Below are positions 46,915 through 58,900 of a DNA stretch of 64,000 bases, piece by piece. Below the pieces are notes generated by a model that ran no database searches, was not told the origin of the DNA, and worked only from the letters and a program-made list of their open reading frames with translations. A program made the position numbers and the translations under genes. Source of the DNA: Flavobacteriales bacterium (lineage in GTDB: Bacteria > Bacteroidota > Bacteroidia > Flavobacteriales_F > PHOS-HE28). Location of the stretch: positions 520,254 to 584,253 of the forward strand of contig JADJQW010000002.1 in the NCBI GenBank assembly GCA_016712535.1, written 5' to 3'. Numbering within the stretch: the first letter of the stretch is position 1; each line of letters starts with the position of its first letter.

Positions 46915-48022
46915 GCATCTACATATCGTCTCCTTCGACGTGCCCGCCCCACCAAGCTATGGCGGCGTGATTGACGTGTACTACAAGGCGAAAGCGCTCG
47001 CGGAGCTGGGGGTGAAGGTCCATCTGCACTGCTTCCACTACGGCCGGCCCAAGGCGAAGGAACTGGAGCGCTTCTGCGCCAGCGTGCACTACTACCCGCG
47101 CAACACCGGCAAACTGCAGTTGCTCAATGCGCTGCCCTACGTGGTGGTGAGCCGCCGCAGCGAAGCGCTGATGGAGCGCTTGCTCCAGGATGAGCACCCC
47201 ATCCTCTTCGAGGGGCTGCACTGCTGCTACCACCTCGGCGATCCGCGCCTGCACGGCCGCATCCGGATCGTGCGCGCGCACAACGTGGAGCACGACTACT
47301 ACGGCGCGCTCGCGAAGGCGGCATCGAACGCCTTCCGCCGCACCTACTTCATCAACGAGGCGCACAAGCTGCAGCGCTTCGAGCCGGTGCTGGCCGAAGC
47401 CACGCGCGTGCTGGCCATCTCGCCGAAGGACGAGGCCTACTTCGGGTCGCACTTCCACAACGTGGCGCATGTGCCGGCCTTCCATGCCAGCGAGAAGGTG
47501 GAGGTGCCCGATGGACTCGGCGATTTCGCGTTCTACCACGGCGCCTTGGGCGTGGCGGAGAACGATCAAGCCGCGCTCTACCTGGTGAAGAAGGTCTTCG
47601 AGGGACTGCCCGTGAAGCTCGTGATCGCAGGCAGCGACGCCAGCGCAGAGCTGAAGCGCGCTGTGGCTAAGGCGCCGAATGCGGAATTGCGCGAGGGCAT
47701 CTCCACGGAGCAGATCCATGCACTGGTCCGTAGCGCGCAGGTGAACGTGCTGCCCACGTTCCAGGCCACGGGCATCAAGCTGAAGCTGCTGCTCTGCCTC
47801 TTCACCGGCCGCCACGTGGTGTGCAACACGCCCATGGTGGAGGGCACCGGCCTCGAAGGGCTCTGCCATGTGCACGACGATCCGAGGAGCATGCGCGAGA
47901 GCATCCTGGCGTGCATGGGCAAGCCCGCGAATGGCCAGGCCTTGGAGGAGCGTGCGCAAGTGCTGGAGGAGCGCTTCAGCAACTGGAGGAACGCGGAGCG
48001 GATCGTTGGGTTGCTGGGTTAG
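46904..48022 (+). CDS. Glycosyltransferase family 1-like protein
   Basis: 372 aa; MADKHLHIVSFDVPAPPSYGGVIDVYYKAKALAELGVKVHLHC... GT-B N-terminus. Overlaps the upstream GT by 11 bp, suggesting an operon. Confidence 0.6.
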   Translation: MADKHLHIVSFDVPAPPSYGGVIDVYYKAKALAELGVKVHLHCFHYGRPKAKELERFCASVHYYPRNTGKLQLLNALPYVVVSRRSEALMERLLQDEHPILFEGLHCCYHLGDPRLHGRIRIVRAHNVEHDYYGALAKAASNAFRRTYFINEAHKLQRFEPVLAEATRVLAISPKDEAYFGSHFHNVAHVPAFHASEKVEVPDGLGDFAFYHGALGVAENDQAALYLVKKVFEGLPVKLVIAGSDASAELKRAVAKAPNAELREGISTEQIHALVRSAQVNVLPTFQATGIKLKLLLCLFTGRHVVCNTPMVEGTGLEGLCHVHDDPRSMRESILACMGKPANGQALEERAQVLEERFSNWRNAERIVGLLG

Positions 48023-48026
48023 CGCG

Positions 48027-48716
48027 CTACACCGCACCCACCGCCCCCAATTCAAGGAGCTTCCCTTCCTCGCAGCGCACCACGCGCGTGTTCAGCTTCT
48101 TCATGTGGGTGTAGTCGTGCGTGGCCATGATCACGCTGCGGCCTTGGGTGCTGATGGCGAAGAGCAGGTCCAGGATCTCGCCCGTGGTCTCGGGATCGAG
48201 GTTGCCGGTGGGCTCGTCGGCGAGGATCAGCTCGGGGTCGTTCACCAGCGCGCGGGCGATGCTCACGCGCTGCTGCTCGCCGCCGCTGAGCTCGTGCGGC
48301 ATCTTGTAGCCCTTGTTCGCCAGGCCCACTTTCTCCAGCACCTCCTGCGTGCGGGCGTCCATGGCCTTGCGGTCGGTCCAGCCGGTGGCGCGCATCACGA
48401 AGAAGAGGTTCTCCTGCACCGTGCGGTCGCTCAGCAGCTGGAAGTCCTGGAACACGATGCCGATCTTCCGCCGGAGGTAGGGCACCTGCGCTCGCTTCAG
48501 TTTCCGCAGGTCGAAGCCGCAGCAGAAGCCCTCGCCCTCGGTGAGCGGCACATCGCCGTAGAGCACGCGCATGAGGCTGCTCTTGCCGCTGCCGGTGCGG
48601 CCGATGAGGTACAGGAACTCGCCCTTGTACACGGCGAAGTCGACATTGTTGAGCACCAGGTTCTCGCGCTGGAAGATGCGCGCGCTGTTGAGCTGGACGA
48701 GCGGTGCGGTGGACAT
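48027..48716 (-). CDS. ftsE: ABC-transporter ATP-binding protein of the FtsE type
   Basis: Walker [10 protein letters not shown], signature [15 protein letters not shown], Walker [12 protein letters not shown], ~229 aa. Start at Met 48716 of the longer ORF. No ftsX adjacent. Confidence 0.75.
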   Translation of the reverse strand: MSTAPLVQLNSARIFQRENLVLNNVDFAVYKGEFLYLIGRTGSGKSSLMRVLYGDVPLTEGEGFCCGFDLRKLKRAQVPYLRRKIGIVFQDFQLLSDRTVQENLFFVMRATGWTDRKAMDARTQEVLEKVGLANKGYKMPHELSGGEQQRVSIARALVNDPELILADEPTGNLDPETTGEILDLLFAISTQGRSVIMATHDYTHMKKLNTRVVRCEEGKLLELGAVGAV

Positions 48717-48873
48717 GATCGGGGGCAAAGGTGCGCACGCATCCAATACGATCGCACCATGGCGCGTTGGCTCTGGCGGCCCGATGCTTGCGAAGCACCA
48801 ACACGCGAGGGTGGAAATCTCCACCGGCGCAGCGCCAAGCGCCCTGTGCCGCCCCGTGAACTTTGAACGCTTG

Positions 48874-51800
48874 ATGATGACCCTGATAACGCGCCTTCCC
48901 GCGCTGCTGGCCGCCCTCGCGCTGGGCCTGCTCATCCATGCCCAGCGGCCCGCCCACTACACCCACCAGGATGCCGACCTGATCAACGCGATCGAGCTCT
49001 TCGGCATGGAGAAGTACGGCGCCGCCCAGTACGAGTTCCAGCACGTGGCCGACCGCATCAGCGACCTGCACGACCCGCGCCGCACCGAAGCCGAGTTCTA
49101 CATCGCCCTCTGCAGCGTGCGCCTCTTCAACGACGATGCCGGCTACCGCCTCAAGCGCTTCATGACCGAGCACCCCGAGGACCTGCATGTGCCCTTGATC
49201 AAGCTCGAGCTCTTCCGCCACAGCTTCAACCAGAAGGATTGGGAGGACGTGATCGCGTGGAGCGATCAGGTGAACGCCTCGGCCTTGAGCACCAGCGATG
49301 CGGAGGAGTTCCGTTTCAAGCGCGGCTACGCCTTCTTCCAGACCGGCAATAGCGAGAAGGCCCTCTCCGAATTCGCTCAGGTGAAGGACAGCGAGGGCCT
49401 CTTCGGGGCGCCCGCGCTCTATTACACCTCGCACATCCACTACGAGCGCGGCAACCACGAGACGGCGCTGCAAGGCTTCCGCAGGCTCGAGGGCAATGCG
49501 GACTTCGCCCCGCTGGTGCCCGTTTACATCGCCGAGATCCTCTTCGTGCAGGGCAAGTACGATGAGCTGGCAGAGTACGTGAAGCCCTTGCTCGCTGATC
49601 CGCAAGGCATCAAGCGGCAGGCGGAGATCAACCGTTTGGCGGGCGAGGCCAACTACCGTCGTGGCAATTACGCTGAAGCACTGCCCTACCTCCAGAAGAG
49701 CGCTCAGCGCGTGGGTGTTGACCGCAGCGACCGCTACATCCTCGGGTATGCCTATTACAAGACGGGCGATTGCCAGAAAGCGCTGGCTGAGCTGATCACG
49801 GTGGCCAATGCCGATGACAGCCTCGCGCAGCTCGCCAGCTACCACATGGCCGACTGCTACTTCAAGCTGAACGAGAAGAACTACGCGCGCAACGCCTTCA
49901 AGAAGGCCTATGAGATCGGCAAGCCGGGCGAGGGCGAAACGAAGGGCGACGCGAAAGTGACCGAGGATGCCCTCTTCCAGTACGCCAAGCTGGCCTATGA
50001 GCTCAGCTTCGATCCCTACCACGAGGCAATCACCGCGTTGCGCAGCTACCTGCGCGCATACCCGAACACCCCGCGCCGCGATGAAGCCTACGAATTCCTG
50101 TTGAACGTGTACTTGAAGACGCGCAACTACGAGGATGCGCTCGCTTCATTGGATGAGATCCAGAACAAGGACCTCCGACTGCGGGAGGCTTATCAAAAGC
50201 TCGCCTACAACCGCGGCGTGGAATTGTACGAGGGCCGCAAGTACAGCGATGCCGCGCTCTTCTTCGAACGGGCGCTGAAGTACCCGGTGAACCAGGGCAC
50301 CAATGCGCGCGCGCACTTCTGGATGGCCGAGAGCCATTACGGCAAGGGCGACCTCACGGCAGCGCTCCAGAAGTACGACGACCTGCGCAATTCACCCGGC
50401 GCGTACAGCACCGACCTGTATGAGCAGGCCGGCTATGGCATGGGCTACGCCTACCTGAAGCAGAAGGATTACACCGAGGCCGCCGTGGCCTTCCGCCGCT
50501 ATGTGCTGAGCAAGAAAGGGGAGGCGAGGCAGCGCGCGGATGCCATGCTACGCACCGGCGATTGCTACTTCGTGCTGAAGGACAACGAGCAGGCCGTGAA
50601 GTGGTACGACGATGCCATGCGCACCGGATCGCCTGACCGCGACTACGCGATGTACCAGAAAGGCGTGTGCCAGGGACTGCTGCGCCGCTATCCGGAGAAG
50701 ATCGCCACGCTGAAGGCGCTGCTCGCGGAGCTCCCCAACTCGCGCTACGCCGCCGATGCCAAGTTCCAGCTGGGTGAGACCTACATCGTGCAGGGCGGCG
50801 ACAGCGAGGCGCTGAGCTATTACACCCAGGTGACCAACGTCCACCCGAACAGCCCGCTCGTGCGGCAGTCCATGCTGCAGAGCGCGCTCATCCACAAGCG
50901 CCAGGGCCGCACCGAGGAGGCCATCTCCGGCTTCAAGGCCGTGGTGGAGAAATACCCCACGATGGATGGCGCGCGTGACGCGCTCGCCGGACTGGAGAAC
51001 ATCTACATAGAGCTGGGCCGCGTGAGCGAGTACGAGGCGTACGTGCGTTCGCTGAAATGGGTGGACCCCGGCACGCTGGAGTTCGACGAGAAGTACTACC
51101 AGAGCGCGGAGAAGCTCTACTTCGAGGAGAAGTGCCCGCAAGCCATAGGCGCCTTCGGCGATTACATCAGCAAGTACCCCAATGGCGGCTATGTGCTCAA
51201 CGCCCTCTACTACCGCGGCGATTGCCACTACCGTTCGGGCGCATACGACCAGGCGATCACCGATCTGGAAGAGGTGATCCGCCGCAATGGGGCGCAATTC
51301 ATGGAGAGCGCTTCGGCCATGGCGGCCGATATCCTCTTCCGCGACAAGCGGTACGAGGGCGCGCTCGACCACTTCAAGCGCTTGGAGCCCATCGCGGCAT
51401 CGCCGCAGAACACCTTGGTTGCGCAGGTGGGTCAGATGCGCTGCTTGCGGGAATTGGGGCGCATCGCCGAAGCCTCGGCCGCCGCAGAGAAAGTGGTCGC
51501 GAACAGCCAGGCGGACAACGACCTGAAGAGCGAGGGCAACATCCTCATCGCCCGCAACCTGGCCGACCGGGGCGAGCTTGATGCGGCCTACGCGAAGTTC
51601 AAGGCCGTTGCCACGGGAAGCACCACGGCGCGCGGCGCAGAGGCCAAGTACAACATGGCTTACATCCGTCACCTGCAGACGCAGTACCGCAAGGCTGAAA
51701 CGGAAGTCTTCGAGCTGGCGCAGCGCTATTCCAGCCACGACCATTGGAAGGCGCGCTCCTTCATCCTGCTCGGCGATGTGTACGTGCAGCTCAACGACCT

Positions 51801-51978
51801 CTTCCAGGCGCGCGCCACGTTGCAGAGCGTGATCGACAATTGCCGCGAGCCTGACCTGGTGGCGCAGGCGCGCCAGCGCCTCGATGCCATCAACGCCAGT
51901 CAGGTGCCACGAGAGCAGCTCGTCCCCGGTGGATCGGACGAGATCATCCTTCCCCAGCCCGGCGGCAACGGCCAATAG
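48874..51978 (+). CDS. Large tetratricopeptide-repeat (TPR) protein with signal peptide
   Basis: About 1034 aa. Signal peptide MMTLITRLPALLAALALGLLIHAQ. Many 34-aa TPR-like units (…YYRGDCHYRSGAYDQAI…, …ALYYTSHIHYERGNHETAL…). Confidence 0.65.
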   Translation: MMTLITRLPALLAALALGLLIHAQRPAHYTHQDADLINAIELFGMEKYGAAQYEFQHVADRISDLHDPRRTEAEFYIALCSVRLFNDDAGYRLKRFMTEHPEDLHVPLIKLELFRHSFNQKDWEDVIAWSDQVNASALSTSDAEEFRFKRGYAFFQTGNSEKALSEFAQVKDSEGLFGAPALYYTSHIHYERGNHETALQGFRRLEGNADFAPLVPVYIAEILFVQGKYDELAEYVKPLLADPQGIKRQAEINRLAGEANYRRGNYAEALPYLQKSAQRVGVDRSDRYILGYAYYKTGDCQKALAELITVANADDSLAQLASYHMADCYFKLNEKNYARNAFKKAYEIGKPGEGETKGDAKVTEDALFQYAKLAYELSFDPYHEAITALRSYLRAYPNTPRRDEAYEFLLNVYLKTRNYEDALASLDEIQNKDLRLREAYQKLAYNRGVELYEGRKYSDAALFFERALKYPVNQGTNARAHFWMAESHYGKGDLTAALQKYDDLRNSPGAYSTDLYEQAGYGMGYAYLKQKDYTEAAVAFRRYVLSKKGEARQRADAMLRTGDCYFVLKDNEQAVKWYDDAMRTGSPDRDYAMYQKGVCQGLLRRYPEKIATLKALLAELPNSRYAADAKFQLGETYIVQGGDSEALSYYTQVTNVHPNSPLVRQSMLQSALIHKRQGRTEEAISGFKAVVEKYPTMDGARDALAGLENIYIELGRVSEYEAYVRSLKWVDPGTLEFDEKYYQSAEKLYFEEKCPQAIGAFGDYISKYPNGGYVLNALYYRGDCHYRSGAYDQAITDLEEVIRRNGAQFMESASAMAADILFRDKRYEGALDHFKRLEPIAASPQNTLVAQVGQMRCLRELGRIAEASAAAEKVVANSQADNDLKSEGNILIARNLADRGELDAAYAKFKAVATGSTTARGAEAKYNMAYIRHLQTQYRKAETEVFELAQRYSSHDHWKARSFILLGDVYVQLNDLFQARATLQSVIDNCREPDLVAQARQRLDAINASQVPREQLVPGGSDEIILPQPGGNGQ

Positions 51979-51981
51979 ACC

Positions 51982-53691
51982 ATGAAGCGCAACCTCCTCC
52001 TCCTCGCCGCACTGCTGCCGATCGCGCTGTTCCTGCCCCGTCAGGCATGCGCGCAGAACGAGGGCCAGTACGTGATCCAGGGCATCTACAACCCTACGCT
52101 CATCGATGCGCAGAAGATCGATCTGCGGCCCGAGGGCATCGACACCATCCTGCCCACCCTGCCCGTGAGCTACAACCTGTTGCCGGCCAAGGCCGATATC
52201 GCGCCGCGCGCCGACAGCCTGGCCGCCGCCAAGCTCAACGTGGAGAAGGCGCAGGCACGGCTCTACAAGGGCTTCGTGAAGGCCGGCTACGGCTTGTACA
52301 ACACGCCCATCGGCGAGCTCCACTTCAATCAGGTGCGCTCCCGCAAGAACGGCTACGGCTTCCACCTGAAGCACATGAGCAGCAATGGCGGGCTCGACGA
52401 TGTGGGCCCGAGCCGCTACGGCAACAACAGCATCGATGCCTTCTATCGCCACATCATCCAGAAGAACGAGGCCAGCGGCAGGCTCATGTACGACCGGCGC
52501 CGCATCAGCTATTACGGCTACCCCAGCAACGAAGGGCTTGAGGATTCATTGAGCCTGCTCGGAGGCGACAAGGACCGCCTGAAGCAGTTCTACAACGACA
52601 TCGGCTTCGCCGCGCGTGTGCGCAGCCTCTACGAGGACAGCAGCCGCATCGCGCATGATGTCGGCCTCGAAGCGCACACCTACAGCAATTTCAGCGGGAG
52701 CCGCGAGACCAACATCCGGGTGGCGGCGGAAGCCGGCAAGCAAGAGAAGACCGAGTACTACCACGCCACACTGCTGATTGACAACAACGCCTTCCGTGGA
52801 AGGGTCTCGCCCGACTCATCGGAGTTCAGGCAGAACGGCACGCTCATCGGCCTCTTGCCCAGCGTGCGCACCGTTGGCCGCAAGTACTTCGTGCGCGCCG
52901 GCGTGGGCCTCTACCTCGATGCGCTCGGCGAGACCACCTTCCACTTCTTCCCGCAGGCCTACGCGCACTACGCGCTGTTCGACAACATCCTGGTGCCATA
53001 CGTGGGCCTCGATGGAGAGCGCCGGCGCAACAGCTTCCGCAGCCTCACGCGCGAGAACCCCTGGCTCAACCCCGCTCCGCGCCAGCGCAACACCAGCAAG
53101 CTGTTCGATGCGTATGGAGGCCTCCGCGGCAGCTTCGGCAACCACATCGGCTTCGATGTCCGCGCCAGCTTCAGCTCGAATGAGGACATGCCCCTCTACA
53201 TCAACACGCCCAATGCGCCCTTCGGCGACCGCATGGATGTGGTGTACGACGAGGTGGAGATCATGGACTTCAGCGGTGAGCTCACGTACAGCACCGCCAA
53301 GGACACGCGCCTGAGCGCCCGGATCGACGTGTACACCTACGCCACCCGCGTAGAGGATGAGCCTTGGAACCTGCCGCCTTACAAGATCACCTTCGCCGCG
53401 CGCCACAGCCTGCGCGACAAGCTCGTGCTGAAGGCCGAGGCCCTCTTCCTGGGCCGCCGCACCGCCTACCGCGCGCCCGAGGCCAGCACCGACAGCAGCG
53501 TGGTGGCCGTGAGCACCCGCACCCAGCTCGATGGATTCCTCGACCTCTACCTCGGTGCCGAGTACCGCTACACCAAGCGGCTGAGCATGTTCCTCGACAT
53601 CAGCAACCTCAGCGCGAGCAAATACGAGCGCTGGTACCGCCACCCCACGCAGCGGGGGCTGATCATGATCGGGGCGACCTACGCGTTCTGA
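51982..53691 (+). CDS. Hypothetical outer-membrane beta-barrel protein
   Basis: Signal peptide (LLLLAALLPIALFLPRQACAQ). Alternating amphipathic strands. C-terminal ...LIMIGATYAF with a terminal Phe. Starts 4 bp after the TPR gene. Confidence 0.5.
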   Translation: MKRNLLLLAALLPIALFLPRQACAQNEGQYVIQGIYNPTLIDAQKIDLRPEGIDTILPTLPVSYNLLPAKADIAPRADSLAAAKLNVEKAQARLYKGFVKAGYGLYNTPIGELHFNQVRSRKNGYGFHLKHMSSNGGLDDVGPSRYGNNSIDAFYRHIIQKNEASGRLMYDRRRISYYGYPSNEGLEDSLSLLGGDKDRLKQFYNDIGFAARVRSLYEDSSRIAHDVGLEAHTYSNFSGSRETNIRVAAEAGKQEKTEYYHATLLIDNNAFRGRVSPDSSEFRQNGTLIGLLPSVRTVGRKYFVRAGVGLYLDALGETTFHFFPQAYAHYALFDNILVPYVGLDGERRRNSFRSLTRENPWLNPAPRQRNTSKLFDAYGGLRGSFGNHIGFDVRASFSSNEDMPLYINTPNAPFGDRMDVVYDEVEIMDFSGELTYSTAKDTRLSARIDVYTYATRVEDEPWNLPPYKITFAARHSLRDKLVLKAEALFLGRRTAYRAPEASTDSSVVAVSTRTQLDGFLDLYLGAEYRYTKRLSMFLDISNLSASKYERWYRHPTQRGLIMIGATYAF

Positions 53692-53884
53692 GCGCCCGTG
53701 ATGGGCTCAGGAATCGGCTGAGAAGGTGGTCTCCTGCGGAGGCGGGGATCCAGTTTCAAGGGCTTCTACGCCCCCTGTCAACGCCCTCTTCCGAACAAGC
53801 GTTAATTATCAACAGAATCCGCGTCCGTGTTGGGAAAACGGCCCTGTTAACCGGGTGTGAAAAGGTACCTTTGGGAGCCTTTGA

Positions 53885-55888
<2,004 letters not shown>

Positions 55889-55905
55889 CTCGTCCATCCC
55901 GTCAG

Positions 55906-55940
55906 AGCGAAGGCCCCAGTGTTTCACCGGGGCCTTCGCT
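55906..55940. terminator. Bidirectional terminator hairpin between convergent gyrB and the giant adhesin gene (12-bp perfect stem AGCGAAGGCCCC/GGGGCCTTCGCT)
   Basis: Read directly. Lies between the gyrB stop (55888) and the adhesin stop (55971). Confidence 0.5.
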
Positions 55941-55970
55941 CATTCCATGGGATGCGTGGAATCTGGTCTT

Positions 55971-58900
55971 CTACTTCAGCACAGTCACGTGCCCGACCCT
56001 TTCGGTCAGCTCGTTGGTGAGCTTGTTCTTGAACTTCATCTTCCACACATACACATCCTCCTGCACCACTTCGCCTTGGTAATCGCCGCCCCAGGGCGCA
56101 TGCACCTGTTCACTCCGGGTGAGCAGCAATCCCCATCGGTCGAAGATCATGAACTCGTAGTCCTTCACGAGCTGCGGAAGGTTGAAGATGGGCATGAACG
56201 TGTCGTTCTCGCCGTCGCCATTCGGGGTGACGGCATTGGGCACCCAGACCACGAGCGCGTCGAGCACCTCGACCGGCTCGCAATGCGTGTCGGCGCAGCC
56301 GTTGGCATCGTACGCGGTGAGGCAGACCATGTAAGTATCACCCAATCCGCCGGGGAAGGTGAACGATGGTGAGGTGGCTGTGCTGCTTCCCACGCCTCCG
56401 AAATCCCAAGAGAAGCTCACCGCATTCGGCGATGAGGTGTTCGTGAAGTCCGCGGTTGATGAGCCTACGTAAAGCGTCTCTGGCGCGAAGTCGAAGTCGG
56501 CCACAACGGGTGCCGGGCGCGCGATCGTGGCCATTCCAGAAGCCGAGCAGCCGTTCGCATCCTGCATCAGCACCACGTATTGCCCAGGGCAGAGTCCGGT
56601 GAACACGCTGCCGGAGCCGAATGCGCCGCCGTTCAAGCTGAAGAGCGCGCCTTCTGGATCGACCACTGTGATGCTGCCGTCGCAAGCGCCGGGACAGGTC
56701 TCGTCGGTGGCGAGGATCGTGTCGATCACCAGCGGTTCCGGTTCATCGATGCTGAACGGAACGATGGTGAAGCATCCGTTCTCGTCGAGGACGGTCACGG
56801 TGTATTCACCAGCGCAGATGCCCGTTGCACTGGGCGAATTGCCCGCGATGGAGCCTGACCAAGCGTAGTCGTATGCACCGTTGCCGCCCGTTGCGGATAC
56901 GCTTGCCGTTCCATCGCAAACGCCGTTGCAGATGGCGTCGGTCAAGGCGACTACGGGAACGATCGCATCCGTGAAGATGATCGTCACCTCATCCTGCGTG
57001 GCGCAGCCATCAGTGGATAGCACGCTCCAGGTTAGCGTGTATGGGCCGCCGGCGATCGCGGTCACGGTGCTCGTAGGCGAACCGGGATCGCTGAAGGTCA
57101 TGCCGGCCGGGCCGCTCCACGAGCCGCTTGCCCAACTGCCCGTGGCGTTCAGCGTGTATTCGAGCGTGCAGCTCACTGCATCGGGCCCGGCGTTGGGCGG
57201 CGCGATCAGGAAAACCGTGGCCGTTGAGCTCGCATAGGCATTGGGGCAGGGCAATAGGCCGAGGACCGTGTAGGTGTACACGCCTTGCGCGCTTGTCGCG
57301 GGGTCGAAGATGCCGTTGCTCGGCTGGCCTCCGGGACCGGTCCAAGTGCCACCCGCCATCGGGGTTCCGCCCAGCAACGAGAAGAGCTCGATGGCCGCGG
57401 CCTCCGGGCATAGTGTGATGGCGCCGTTCGTTCCGGCATCGGGCAAGGGGTTCACCGCCATGGTGACCGTGGCGCTCTGGTCCAAGCAGGGTGCTGTGGC
57501 TTGCACGGTGTACACATAACTGCCGGGCGCGTCCGTCGCAGGGTCGAAGTTGTTCTCGCTGGGCGTGCCGTTCGGTGCTGTCCATTCACCGCCCGCATCC
57601 GGCGATCCGTTCAGGAGGTTGAAGAGCGCGACAGGCGCATCATCGGAGCAGAGCGTGGCGCTGCCATCGATTCCAGGATCCACCGGGGCAACAATGCTCA
57701 TGGCCACAATGCTGGTGTCATTCTCACAAGGCGCAGGAACGAATAGGATGTAGGTGTAAGTGCCAGCGGCTTGTACGCTCGGATCGAAGCCGCCCGTCGC
57801 CGGGCTTCCATCCGGCGCAAACCATGATCCTCCTGCATCAGGGCTTCCACCGAGCAGATCGAAGAGGTCGATGGGAGCGTTATCGCCACAAAGCGTGGAA
57901 GCGCCATCGATTCCTGCATCCGCGTTCGAGAGCACGTTCACGGTGATCACCGCCGAGGCCGACGGACAGGGCGCCACGCCATTCACGGAGTAGGAGTAAT
58001 CGCCCGGAGCGCTTGCGCCCGGCGTGAAGATCCCGTTGGAAGTGCCGTTCGGCCCCGTCCATGTTCCTCCGGGATCGGCAGCGCCAAGCAGGGGGTAGAG
58101 GTCCACTGCATCTCCGACCACGCATAGGTTCAGGATGTCATCCGCTCCAGCGTTGGGCAGCTGCGTCACGGCCACCGTTACACTGGCCGCATCCGCCGGG
58201 CATGGTGCAGCGCCTTGAACGGTATAGGAGAACACGCCGGGTGCATCGGTTGCGGGATCGAAGGTCCCGCTGTAAGAGCTGCCACCGCTCGTAGTCCAGC
58301 TGCCGCCGGGCTCTGGCGTTCCTCCAAGGATGGCGAAGAGGTCCTGAGGCGCATTGCTGAAGCAGAGCGTAATTGCGCAATCGAGTCCTGCATCAGGCGG
58401 CGAGACCACATCCACCGTGACCGTGCTGCTCACGCTGGCGCATGGCGGCGGAACCGCGATCGTGTAGGTGTATACGCCGCTGGCCATCACAGCAGGATCG
58501 AAGAGGCCATTGAAGGCCGTTCCTGCGGGGGTGGTCCACAGGCCACCTTGATCAGGAGAGCCCTCGAGGTAGCTGAAGAGGTCATCCGGGGCAGCATTTC
58601 CACAGATGGTGAGGAAGCCAGGGCCGCCGGGATCGGGTTCGGTCACGACGGTCAGGGTTGCCGTGGCGGCATCAGCAGGGCAAGGCGTGGTTCCATTCAC
58701 CGTGTAGGTATACGCTCCCGCGCTCATCGTTGCAGGGTTGAAGGCCCCGCCTATCACCGGCGATGGTCCGCTCCATGTGCCGCCTGCATCTGGCGTGCCT
58801 CCCAGCGAGTTGATCAATGCAACGGCCGGGCTTGTGATGCACAGGGTCAATGCACCGTCGATTCCTGCATCCGGAGGCTGGATGACATTCACAACGACCG

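Noticed and set aside
50548-52452. 634-aa minus-strand ORF
   Set aside because: Antisense to the TPR protein and beta-barrel OMP genes, which have signal peptides and coherent repeat structure.
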